In this document: in pieces, positions 38,671 to 50,817 of the stretch | How positions within the stretch are numbered: the stretch's first letter is position 1 | Layout of the letters: each line of letters starts with the position of its first letter | DNA from: Lama guanicoe | Taxonomy: Eukaryota | Length of the DNA stretch: 64,000 nt | Assembly: GCA_013239625.1 (NCBI GenBank) | Contig: MU053472.1 | Location: forward strand, 1,240,001 to 1,304,000 | Direction of reading: 5' to 3' | Translations under genes and position numbers: made by a program | Notes under the pieces: model-generated | Told to the model about the DNA's origin: nothing | The model's database searches: none | Seen by the model: only the letters and a program-made list of their open reading frames with translations

Positions 38671-38771
38671 GAGAAGACCTCTATTTCTTAAAATGCAAGA
38701 TCTGGTACAAAAATAACACGATTTAAGCAATAATAAAGCTAGTGGACACATTATATGTACGTTTGAAATAC

Positions 38772-39396
38772 TGTTATGGGTTGAACTGCATCACCCCAAA
38801 AGATACGCTGAAATCCTAACCTTCAGGTACCTGAGAATATGACCTTATTTGGAAAGACAGAAGATAGAAAGATAGAAAGGACATTCCATCTCTCTGAAGG
38901 CCCAGTGGGTTCCACTGCCTGACCTTCCACATCCCAAGGCTGATCCCCTTGTGGGGAATATTTGGTGTTATGGGTTGAATTGTATCCCCACAAAAGACGT
39001 TGAAGTCCTAACCCTAGTACCCATGAATGTGATCTTATTTGAACTAAGGTCTTTGCAGATATAACCAAGTTAAGATGAGGTTAAGGTGGGTCCCAATCCA
39101 GTATGACTGATTATAAGAAGAGAAGACAGACCCAGTGGGAAGAAAGCCATGTAACGAGATAAGAGATTGGAGTGATGCAGGTGCAAGCCAAGGAACATCA
39201 AGGACTGATGGCCACCAACAGGAGTTGGGAAAAAGGAAGGGTTCTTCCCTGGAGATTTCAGAGGGAGCAAGAACCTGCTAACATCTTAATTTTGGACTTC
39301 TAGCCTTCAGAATTATATCTAGAGATAAAACATTTCTGCTGTTTTGAGACATCCAGTTTGTGGTATTTGTAACAGCCGCCCTAGGAAACTAATACA
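38772..39396 (+). mobile_element. MLT1-like MaLR: partial LTR (38772-38854), short spacer, full LTR (38966-39396)
   Basis: Two TGTTATGGGTTGAA starts with parallel downstream sequence; end CCCTAGGAAACTAATACA. Confidence 0.82.
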
Positions 39397-40699
39397 ACTG
39401 TATAATAAAAATTATTAAAAATTTAAAATATAGATGTTTGTGACCTCCAAATTGGTTATCTTTATTTACTGCCTGCCTGGAGCCAGAGCATGTGTTTGTT
39501 GGTAGAGGGATGCTAATTTGAAAAAACCAGGGTCACAGTTCAATTCCAATACACAAAATCGGGTTTATGGGTATGTTTGTCAGCCTCATTGTGATAACGT
39601 GGATATATATATGCTTCAAAAGGTATCAAAATCTACATGCTTTAAATATGTGCATTTTATTGTATGTCAATTATACTTCAATAAAACTGTAAAAAAGGAA
39701 ACAGATTAAGAACAACAATCTAAATTCAGAAGTAAGAAAGAAGATTCTGAGAGATTTAGAAGCAGTTAAGAGTGTAGGTTAGAAAAGGAAGAAAGCAGAG
39801 AGAAAGACCAGCATCCAGGGGGCAAGGGTAAAAACCCAGGGATTTTTAGAGCAAAATGTCATTCTCTGTTTAATATAAACACCTTCCTAAACTTCCCCTG
39901 GAAATTTTCCAATAAAACTTCCTTTGCTTATTAATACCCTAGGTAAGAGCAGATTTATCTTTGGGGACCTCAAAGAAATGAATGAGGAGACAGAAAATAG
40001 TAGAAGTAATTAAATGAATAAATTAAAAATGAAGTAAAATAAATGAATATCCTAGGAAACACATATGGACAATGAACGTAAGGCTATCTTCCCTTTCATG
40101 TTTAGGCAGTAAATGATGCCCTCTCATCATAACATTTCCCTTCTTAGTAGGACTTAAGTCATAGATGAGGTGCCATTCTCTTCTAGGCTTAGATAACTGA
40201 CCTAATAAACTTAATCTCTGAAGTTAAAAATAAAACCGTTAAAAAGAAACATTTTACCAAGAATTTGTATAAAACATTATAAAGTAAATGAACTTTTGGT
40301 GTATTTGTGAAGTACAGCAAGAAGAGATTACTAAGTCTATGTCGCCAGAATTGTTTTTTAAATAGTAGCTTTATTGAGATATAATGCAAATTTCATACAA
40401 TTCACCCTTTTAAAATGTACAATTCAGTGGTTTTTAGTATATTTACAGGATTGTGCAACAGTCACCGCTATTAATTTCAGAACATTTTTACCCCAAAAGA
40501 AACTCCATACTCATTAGCAGTAGCTCTCCATTTCCCTCTCACCCTTGCCTCTGGCAACCACTAATTTATATTCTGTCTCTATAGATTTGCCTAATCTGGA
40601 CATTTCATATAACTGGAACCATATAATGTGTGGCCTATTTTGACTGGCATTTATCACTTAACATGTTTTCAGGTTTATCCATGTTGTAGCATATATCAG

Positions 40700-41169
40700 T
40701 TGGAGGAGAGTTGAATTTGTTGCCCCTGAATATGTCATTTTAGCATGAGAATTGTTCTGAGCTTAAAGTTAATAGAAACTCAGCAGATTACGGAAAACCT
40801 CTTTTACCTCCCCTTCAACAGTCTAAATTTACATTAAAAAAGGGGGCAAATACCAGAAAGAGAGCTATTATCACAGAAACCTTTTTACCTAAGAAACTTA
40901 CCTGCATAACTGGGCAGCCTTTGTTTTCCAAACATCTCTGCTGCCTTCCAGTGAATGGATTTCCTTCCCTTTGTACCCCCAAGACTCCTGTCCCTTTCCT
41001 TAGCTCAGAATGTTATATAAGCCTCAATTACCTGGCTGCTCTTTGGGTCTCGTATTTTTATGGGGCTCACGGACATACATATAAAATTTGTTTTTCTCCT
41101 GTTAATCTGTCTTATATCAATTTAATTATGATACAGAAGGGAAGAAGGAAAATTTTTTCTGCTCCTACA
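40700..41169 (+). mobile_element. ERV1 solo LTR (MER34-like) inside an old L1
   Basis: CCCCTGAATATGTCATTTTAGCATG start region; TTTTTCTCCTGTTAATCTGTC; end TTTTCTGCTCCTACA. Confidence 0.65.
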
Positions 41170-41248
41170 AAGTATTTTATTCCTTCTTATTGGTGAGTAA
41201 TATTCTATTGCTGGTTATATCATATTTTGTTTCAGCTGAACCCATCAG

Positions 41249-41383
41249 TTTTTTTTAAACATTTTTTTATTGAGTTATACTCATTTTACAACGTTGTGTC
41301 AAATTCCAGTGTAGAGCACAATTTTTCAGTTATACATGAACATACATATATTCACTGTCACATTTTTCTTCACTGTGTGTTAC
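41249..41383 (-). mobile_element. Young L1 3' end
   Basis: Perfect 17-bp TSD TCAGCTGAACCCATCAG at 41232-41248 and 41384-41400. Confidence 0.9.
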
Positions 41384-41895
41384 TCAGCTGAACCCATCAG
41401 CTGATGGGCATTATGGCTGTTTTCAATTTGTGACTGTTACAAGCATGCTGTTATGAACATTTTTTTCCTAATGAATATATGTTTGCAATTTTCTTGGGTA
41501 TGTACCTTGGAGTGGAATTGCTGGGTCATATGAAAACTCAATGTTTAACGGTCTGAGGAACTGCCAATTTTCCAAAGTGGCTGCATTATTTTACATTTTT
41601 TTTTTTACAGCACCAACGTATGAGGGTTACAACTTTTCCACATCCTCACCTCACCAATATTAATACTATCTATTTTAGCCATCCCAGTGAGTGTGAAGTG
41701 GTATCTCATTGCTAACTTTAACTTATATTTCCCAAATAACTAATGTTTAGCATTTTTCTAGTGCTTATTGGTTACTTGTGTATCTTCTTTGAAGAAATAT
41801 CAGTTCAAATCCTTGGAATGTCATCAAAATTTTGAGGTAGATTATTCTGCACCAGATGTAGTATTTTTACATTTTGAGACAGTAAAAGTACTTAC

Positions 41896-42001
41896 ATTTT
41901 GCTTTCTCTTCATCTTTGCCTCTTGTAAGAAGGACAAGTCCAACTATTAAGTTATTGAAGTGCAGTCCTTTGGATGTTCCACCAAAAGAACAGTAAATCA
42001 C
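41896..42001 (-). CDS. USP32: USP32 coding exon (exon 3 equivalent), VIYCSFGGTSKGLHFNNLIVGLVLLTRGKDEEKAK
   Basis: Manual translation; TAG acceptor, GTAAGT donor; 106 nt; phase 1 end joins exon 4 as T|AC = Tyr. Confidence 0.96.
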
Positions 42002-42669
42002 CTAGAAGAAAATGATAAAGCCAACCTTAGATGTTTCAGTTGTTGAGGAATTTGAGGCTGATATCAGCTTTAACAAATCTTATCTCCAACTTCAAACAAG
42101 GCCCTGGCAAACTTAAGTGCAATGATTTACTACAAAGGTCCTTCCTCCTCTTCCTCCTTTACACCTGTTATTGCACTCAGCCAAGAATATACTGTATCTG
42201 TTCTAAAGTACATATATCACTAGATCACACACTTTCTCTGGAGAGTACTCATCAAGGTCCAAGGAGGTAAGTTCCTCCCCCCTCAATAGTCCCAATAATG
42301 TGATAAGAATTTTGTGCAATGAGAGAACATCCTTCAAACTCTGTTAAACTTATACACATCAATTTGATTTGAAAGATCAACATTCTCTAAGTGAATATTC
42401 AGAAATACAATGGCAATTATATCGCAATATATAAATGTACAAATTACCATGTTGTACACTTTAAATTTATACAATGTTATATGTCAAATATATTTGATTT
42501 AAGTTAAAAAAAGAAGGAAATACAAAAGACTTCTTTACACTCTTAGAATTGAGTATTAAAGTACTCAGAAATAAAGAAGAAAAGCTATTCTATTAAAGAA
42601 AGGGATAGTAACATCAATCACATAAATTCATTCATTCAACAATTCTTTCTTGAACGCCTAGGGTGATAG

Positions 42670-43465
42670 TGTGATATAACAAACATTTATTTGGTCTTCC
42701 TCCAGGTTCCTAACATAAGAGCTTCTAAAATGTTTGGAATTCCCAGAGTGATATAAGTGAAAGCATCATCTTCTGTTATTCATAATATGCCCCTCTCAAC
42801 TGTACCTGAATTTATGCAAATGAAGTGGCTCTCGGTGGGTCCTTACAAAGCTTGGGAGCTGGTAGTCAGAGAAAATAATGCTGTGATTAGAAGGTTAGAA
42901 CTTTCAGCCCCACTTCCTAATCTCAGGGAAAGGGAGAGGGGCTGAAGTTAATCACTAATGGCAAATGAGTTAATCAATCATGCCTGTGTAAAAACTCCTA
43001 AACTCCAGGGTTTGTTGGTGTACACATCAAGGTGCAAGAAGGGTATTACTCCCAGAAAGGACATGGAAGCTCTGTGCACCATCCCCTTCCTCCTACCTAC
43101 CCCCCATCACACCCCACACATCTCTTTCCATTTGGCTGTTCCTAAGTTGTATCCTTTGTAATAATAGACTGGTAATAAGGTGACTTCCTGAGTTCTGCGG
43201 GCCATTCTGAAGCAAATTTTTGAATCCCAGGAGGGGGACATCGGAACCCTTGACTTATAGCTGATTGGTCAGAAGTACAGAGTCTAGGACCTGCAACTGG
43301 CATCTTCTGAAGAAGGGGGCAGACCTGCGGGGTCTGCGCTAACCCTGGTTACTTGGTATCAGAACTGAGTTGAATTGTAGGACATCCAGTTGGTGCCCAG
43401 AGAGTTGGAGAACTGATTGATGTGGGGGAAAAACCCCACATATTTGGTGTCAGAAGTGCTGTGTT
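42670..43465 (+). mobile_element. MER21-like LTR
   Basis: GTGATTAGAAGGTTAGAACTTTCAGCCCCAC, TTAATCAATCATGCC, GGGGTCTGCGCTAACCCT, TTGGTGTCAGAAGTG. Confidence 0.72.
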
Positions 43466-43799
43466 GTATAAAAAGAAAACAAAATAACCCGATCTAGTAT
43501 CTGCTATGCATAGTCAGTCACTAAAATACATGATTAAAGATAATTCAAAAAATGAAACTTAAATGGTCAACATATGAAAATACATATTCATTAAATGATA
43601 TTTATAAGTACATTTAATAACATTTTGACAGCTGATGCAAAAACTGTGTGTCTCTAGTGCCACTGATAGCAAAAACTAGCATAGGGAGATGGCTCCAGAT
43701 CAGAAAGATAAAAAACATAAAAAGAACATAGCAAATATACTTTGTGGAATAACTATTTCTAGTTGGCCCCTCCATAAACAGAAGAAGGTAACAGAAAAA

Positions 43800-45400
43800 A
43801 ATACTCTATCCCTGGAGGAGGAATAGGAAAACATCTTAGCCTCAGACCTTTAAAAATGCTCTATCATTAGGAGAGAGGCAGAATCACTGAGGAAGTCTCA
43901 CCCTCCAAAATCCAGAGACACAATGACTGCCTAAACTGAGACAGAAATAGGACAACAGAGAATGTTCCCCACATTTGTACCCCTCAGCCACCCCCGCCAC
44001 TGGGCCAGCAAACACTGAGGAATAAATAACAGCAAGCAGTCCACTGCTGAAGGAGGGGGAAGGGTGTGGAGAGACATCTTCTCTGAGGTACAGAAACAAA
44101 GAGAAAATAAGATCAAAAGATCAAGGTAGAGCAGACATTGGAAAAGAGTCTTCTGGCAAACAGGCCTCTACCCTAAAAAAGGTAACCCTAGACTGGAATT
44201 TGAAGCCTAGAGTGCACTGTGGGTAGCCATAGCAACACAAGAAACAGCTCATCTACAGACTAGACTGACTCAACTACTCATGCTAAAGACCTAGCCAGGC
44301 ATAAACATTATTATTAGCTCAGTCTCTGCTGTCTGATACAAAACATCCACCTTCCCACCACAAATTGTAAGTCACACAACGAAGAAAAGAAAAAAACCCA
44401 AACCTCACATACTGACAAAGGAAAAACATGGCAACAGAGTTCAGTAAATCTTTGGTTATCATCCCCTAACCAAAAAAAATTAAATAAATAAATAAAATTT
44501 AAAAAACAAATCTTTGGAATGGCTCAACAGTAAACTCAACAGAATCAAGTTAGAGATTATCCAAAATGAAACACAGAGCGGAAAAGAATGTGGTGACGGG
44601 AGGGAACAAAACAGAAAATCCAAGAGCTGTGAGAAAATATCAAATGATTTTACACGTAATTGAAATCCTAGAAGAAAAGAGGCTGGGGCAGAAGAAACAT
44701 GTGAAGCTAAAGACTGAGAATTTTTCAAAACTAATAAAGACATAAAACTATACAGATAGAAGCTGTTCAGAGAACAGGGAGGATAAATCACACCTCTAAC
44801 CCTCGCCCCCCCAAATCAACTGGACAAATCATATCCAAACTATTTGAAACAAAAGATAAAAAGAAAATCTTTAAGGCAGCCAGAGGAAAAAAAGACAAAT
44901 TACACTGAGAGAAACATTTCTCATCAAACACTACATAAGCCAGAAAACAGTGGAGTGACACATTGAAAGCACTAAAACAAAAACAAAGACAAAAAAACAA
45001 AAACAAAAACAAAAACAAAAACAAAACTTCAAATCCTATACCCAATGAATATATCTTTGAAAAAGAAAGAACAATAAACTTTTTCAGGAAAATTAGAACA
45101 GAGATGTCATTACCAGAAAACTTACTACATACAAGGACAAAAGAAAGTACTTCAGGCTGAAGGAAATATGATTCCAAACAGATACATGTATCTACACAAA
45201 GAAATAAGAGTAGAAAATAGCATAAATGAAGGTAAATACAAAATTTACTTGTTTTGTTATTTTTAATTGTTCTAAAAGGTAACTGGCTGGCTAAAGGAGT
45301 AATAGTAAAAATTTAATGAGTTTATAGCATTTGTAAAAGTAAAACATACATCAATAGCACAGAAGGAGTTGGAAGAGGAATTGAAAGCATCCTGTTGTAT
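43800..45400 (+). mobile_element. Old L1 5'UTR/ORF1 remnant with an (AAAAAC)n expansion
   Basis: GAAAATCTTTAAGGCAGCCAGAG, GCCAGAAAACAGTGGAGTGACA, TTCAGGCTGAAGGAAA ORF1 motifs; boundaries approximate. Confidence 0.65.
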
Positions 45401-47716
45401 ACTATGTCATACCACGTACCTTGATCTTTACATTGTCAGTCAGCAAGAAATTAGTTAATGATAGCGCAAAAACACAAAATGTTGTGTTTAACTCAACATT
45501 AACTCCATTAATAAATTTTTATTATAGTAATAAAAACAATAGCTAACACTTCAATGGTCATTATGTGGCATATGACTGTTGTCCTAAGTGCTTTCCCAGC
45601 ATTAAGCCTCAAGATGATTCCATGAGGAAGATATTACTGGTGTTCCTATTTTATGGCTGAGGAAAACTAGAGCCCAAGGAGATTTAAGTTAACTTGTGCA
45701 GAGCCATACAAATGAAGTGGTAGGGTCAAGATTCAAGCCTAGGCTCCTGAAACTAAACTCTTAACCACTTCATAGTCCTACAGTACAATTATATACATTC
45801 TCTAGTACTGTATGAAATGAAAGACATCACCAGCAAGATGTACACCATTTTGGTGAAATATATTGAAGATTAAGAAACTGCAAATGATCACAAACTCAAT
45901 TTACAGACACGATGTTCTTGGTGTCCTGTTTCTCCCCACTTTAGCTTGATAGTACACTCTCTTCACTTTTGACCACATCACTGACTTTAATACAAAGAGA
46001 GTAAAGTAATCAGGGTAAAAATTAACCAAGAAGTTTTGGGTAAGATATGATGTTTAGTTTTGCAAGTATTCTCAAAGTGTAGATTTGTTTAAAATACATT
46101 TGGTTAAAACGCTGAAAATATACTGGCACCTCCCTCCCAGCATACAAGTACAGCAATAACTTTCTAAAACAATAAAGTTCAAAAGTTCATCTGACAGATG
46201 AGGAAAGGAGTCCCAGGAAAAAAAAAATCACCATATTTCCTGAATTCTAAGATATATGTATTTTCCACCTTTTATTAATGTTCCAGAAATCATCATGCAT
46301 CTCACATATCAAATGTAATCTTTTTTCACCCCCAAAAGTTACTTTTAAATCAACAGTCATCTTACAACTGACAGTGCTTTAACACTTATGAAATATTAAG
46401 TACTATGCTCATTATTATTCACACTGCTTTTAGGAATGGTGAGAGGGACTATGCACAGGATAGCAAGGATATTTTATGCTACTTTTTAAAAAAGCACATG
46501 GGTTAACTATTATTATTACTATAACTTGCTGTAAGATCTTTATTTTAAAATTCCTCTAATAATTTTCTACAGCTATTAAAAGATAAAGAACAAAAAAACA
46601 GTCATTTTCTTAAACATTTGGTAGCCATTAATATCCAGATGGAGACTTGGCATACTGTTGTACTGCTGTATAAAATTGATGCTTGTGGTAATGATCTCAC
46701 TAGAATCCTTTCAGACAATGATATCATCCAGTAAATATGATTAGTTGAGAAGAGAGGGAAATTGGTCTGCAGTTAAAAAAAAAAAAAAAAAGACTTGTAC
46801 CAAGAACCTACCCCTTGCCAAACAGTTAGTTAAAAAGTTAAAAAAGGCAAATGTGTGTAGGTCTCCAGAGTTAAGGAAAGGTTGTGTCTTGTCTCAATTG
46901 ATGCTCTAGACCCTGGTCCTTCTCCTTCCATGTTCTTTTGGACTTAAGGTACAAGGGTATTCCACTATTCCTTGGGCATAGTAAGTGATGCATACTGTTT
47001 CATATTACAGCTTTTGGAGTCAGGGAGTCCTCAGTTTGAAGCCAGGCTTTATTAATTTACCAGCTATGTGATCTTGGGCAAATCCCTTAACTACTTGAGC
47101 CTTAGTTCCATTCCACTATAGGAGCAATGTGTCACATGTCTTCTCATTCCAGGACCCAGGTTGAAGAGCGGTTCCTGTGTGGGAAATGCTAGTCTCAGGG
47201 CAAAAGGCAGAAATCTGAGCTTGATTCCACTTTGTAAATTAGTAAGAATTAATTCAGCATCAATGAGCTCATGCCTTTTGCCTTGGAAAATATTTTTCCT
47301 GAGTAAACTATTACACCTTTTAAATGGTGTAAAACATTCAACAAACCGAATTAATGTTTTCAAATTTTCATTTCATTTTACATAATTTTCATGATGATCG
47401 GTGCTTTTCCATTTAAAATTTTGATGATTTGACTACCAGTTGGTTTTTCTCCATGTCAAAAATTTTCTGTACTATTTCTTGAAGATGTTATTTCTACCAA
47501 ATCCAGTTTTCTTACATCAAATTTAGCTGATCTAAATTTGTTAATGAAGAACTGATTTTTCTGGAAATGTCTAAATAACAAGAAACTCTTTGTGCTTAAA
47601 AAAAACTGCTATACAGTTTATTCTTAATTCTATATATAAATTTTTATTGTGTATGTCTACAAGACACTTTTAAAATATAACCATAATGTCACTATCACAA
47701 CTTAAAAAAAAAACCT

Positions 47717-48020
47717 GTCTTTCCAAAATTCATGTTGAAATCCAGTGTGAAGTGGGACTTTTTGGGGCTGACTGGGGGGTGAATGGGATTAGTGCTCTTA
47801 CCAAAGAGGCCTAAGAAAGCTCCCTCGCCCCTTCTGCCACGTGAAGACAGTGAAAAGATAGCCATCTATGAATCAAGAAGTGGGTCCTCACCAGACACTG
47901 AATCTGCAGGCACCTTAATCTCAAGACTTCTTAGCTTCTAGATCTGTGAGAAATAAATCCTGTTTATAAGCCACCCAGAATGTGGTATTCTGTTTATAGC
48001 AGCTTGAATAGACTGAGACA
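47717..48020 (+). mobile_element. MLT1A/MST-like LTR
   Basis: CAAAATTCATGTTGAAATCC, GAATGGGATTAGTGCTCTTA, CTCACCAGACACTGAATCTGC, GACTGAGACA. Confidence 0.75.
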
Positions 48021-48699
48021 AAAACAGACAGAAATTCCTCAGCGTAATCAAATATATAGTCAGTATTCACATTTTCCCACTGTCTCATAATTTTATTTCA
48101 ACTTGTTTGTCCAACTGGGGATCTAAAATATATAACTGGTTTCTAATCTTTTAAGTCGCTTGATCTATAGGTTTTCTTTTGCTCTTTCTTCTTCTCACCC
48201 TTTTCTCTCTTTTTCATTGCAATTTATTTGCTGAAGAAACCAAGATGTTTGTCCTGTGGAGTTTCCCAAAGTCTGCATTTTGATGACTGTATCTTCTGTC
48301 CTCTGTATTTCTTGTAAAGTGGTAGTTAGATCCAGAGAATTGATCACATTTAAGTTATATTTTTTGGCAAGAACCATCTCCCAGTTGGTGCTTATTGTGT
48401 CTCCATGAGGAGGCACATAATGACTGCTTATCTCTCTTTTTGTGATATTCATAGCCACTAATAATCATTGCCTATATTCATAAATTCGTTAAAGGTTAAA
48501 AAATCCTGATAATTATAACTCTACCATTCTTCTGTTTATTTGCTGGAATATTTCTGTAAGAGAGAATTCTCCTAATCTACTATTTGGTTGCCCTGAGATA
48601 TACTTTCTATAGAACAGCCAGAATAAATGCTAGATTCTTTTCCTTCATTAATCAGTTTTTTAAATAACAAGTGGTTTCCCAGCAACTTTCAAAGGTATC

Positions 48700-49245
48700 T
48701 GTGCAGAAAAAAAGAGAACACAGAAGACCTGGGACTGCTATCCTTAGGTCTGCTTGCAAGTTTGGCTCTTGACTGGTATCTGTAAACTTGGATTTCAGGA
48801 AGGTTTCCACTATTCCCTAAATGTGAAATGTGGCTAACTTCCTAAACTGTGGAAACAATGTGATTTATGCTCGACATCTGCTTTTCTTCTGGAAGACTGG
48901 CATTTTAGTATGTAACAGGTAGAAGATACCTACATGACCAGCTCCAATAAAAGCCCTGAGCACTGAGTCTGTCTAAAGAGCTTCTCTGAGAGACATTTCA
49001 CACCTATTGCCACAACTTATTGCTAAAGGAACAAAGGACATCCTGTGTGACTCCACTGGAAGAGAACTCCTGGAAACTTGCACCTGGTTTCCTCCAGACT
49101 TTGTGCCATATGCCTTTTCTCTTTGCTGATTTTGCTTTGCATCCTTTCACTACAATAAATCACAGTAGTCAGTATGACTATATGCTTAGTTCTGTGAGCC
49201 CTTCCTGTGAATCATCAATCTGGGGGTAGTCCTGGAAACTCCTGT
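48700..49245 (+). mobile_element. MER68-like LTR
   Basis: TGTGCAGAAAA...GACTGCTATCCTTAG start; GAGTC, AATAAA, GTATGACTATATGCT end motifs. Confidence 0.7.
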
Positions 49246-50042
49246 GTCCAAAAGGGTTATTTTTAAAAATACCGTATTTGATACATTTTGATCTCCTTAC
49301 AATTATCCGTAGTATTGATGATCAAATTTGCCATCTTTGCCCATCCCTCTGTAAAGGGAGACTCTCCATACTGGCTCCTGAATCCTTTTTATACGATTCC
49401 AAGCTCATTTAAAAAATTTCCTGGCCCAGACCTAGAATCAAACATCTTTCCAAGCAGCCCTGGTTTCTTTAAGTGGGAAATGATATTTAGAGGTTACCAT
49501 CCAGGTACTAGGGGGGCTTATTAGAGCTTGGATATTAGTGACTGTTTCTCAAACTTTTCAGTGGACAGAGCTAGGAAACTAAAACATATCATGAATGGAT
49601 GCTAATACTCCCATGTACATACAATCTTTTCCATTTCATCTCCAACTAAGTTAATCATTACATGTTGATATGGATTAAATGTTTCAATATTTCTGAAGGG
49701 TATCACTGAACTAAGGTAACAGGGACGTAGGATAATGAGAAGATAATTCTAAATGATAACTTCAAAAGGGAATTTGAGAACATAAAGCCTGAGAATACTG
49801 GGCCTAGAAATTGAAGAAGAGACTCGATGCTCTCACAAATGTAGTTCTCCTCTTTGGGGGGCATAAGGCATGGCAACATTCCTTTACGCTCCTTGCGACT
49901 GAATAGGGCTGTATGACTACTTCTGGCCAAAAGATTATGGGTAGAAATGACAGGCATCACTTCTGGGCCAACTACCTAATTGCAAGAGACCCCTCTCTAG
50001 CATGACCTCCACTACCCTTGCTGATTTATAGAAGCTCTTTCT

Positions 50043-50186
50043 TTTTTTGTTTTGTTTTGTTTTTTGGGGGGAGGGGGTAATTAGGTTTATCGATTTGTTT
50101 ATTTTTGGAGGAGGTATTGAGGATTGAACCCAGGACCTCATGCATGCAAATCATGCACCTCTATCACTTGAGCTATACCCTCCCCC
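50043..50186 (-). mobile_element. Vic-1-like SINE
   Basis: TSD ATA(G/A)AAGCTCTTTCT; tRNA-like head. Confidence 0.88.
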
Positions 50187-50224
50187 AATAAAAGCTCTTT
50201 CTAATACACAAACACCAAAGAATT

Positions 50225-50817
50225 GACACTGCCAAACAAAAACACTAACTCAGAAAGATACGTGTGCCTCCATGTTCATAGTAGCATTATTTACAACAGT
50301 CAAGATATGAAAGCAACTTAAGTGCCCACCAACAGAATGGATAAAGATGATGGATGTGAGATACACACACTCACACACACACAATGGAACACTACTCAGC
50401 CATAAAAAGAATGAAATTTTGCCATTTTCAACAATATAGATGGACTCAGAGGGTATTAGGCTAAGTGAAATAAATCAGACAGAGAAAGACAAATACTATA
50501 TGACATCACTTACATGTGGAATCTAAACAAAAACAAAAACAAAAAAACGAGTGAATACAGCAAAAAAGAAAAAGACTCACAGATATAGAGAATAAACCAG
50601 TGGTTACCAGTGGGGGAGAGGCAAGATAGGGGTAGGGGCTTAAGAGGTACAAGCTACTATATATAAAATAGATAAGCTACAAGGATATACTATACAACAC
50701 AGGGAATATAGCCAATATTTTATAGCTATAAGTGGAATATATTTAAAAATTAGAATCATTGTGATGTACACCTAAAACTTATATAATAAAAATGGACATC
50801 AAATATACCTCAAAAAA
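50225..50817 (+). mobile_element. L1MA-like 3' end
   Basis: CATGTTCATAGTAGCATTATTTACAA, CAATGGAACACTACTCAGCCATAAAAAGAATGAAAT, CACAGGGAATATAGCCAATA. Confidence 0.85.

Noticed and set aside
46640..46800. A-run preceded by unique sequence with a short AGACTTG repeat, possible processed fragment
   Set aside because: No poly(A) signal or recognisable source; 7-bp repeat too short to call a TSD
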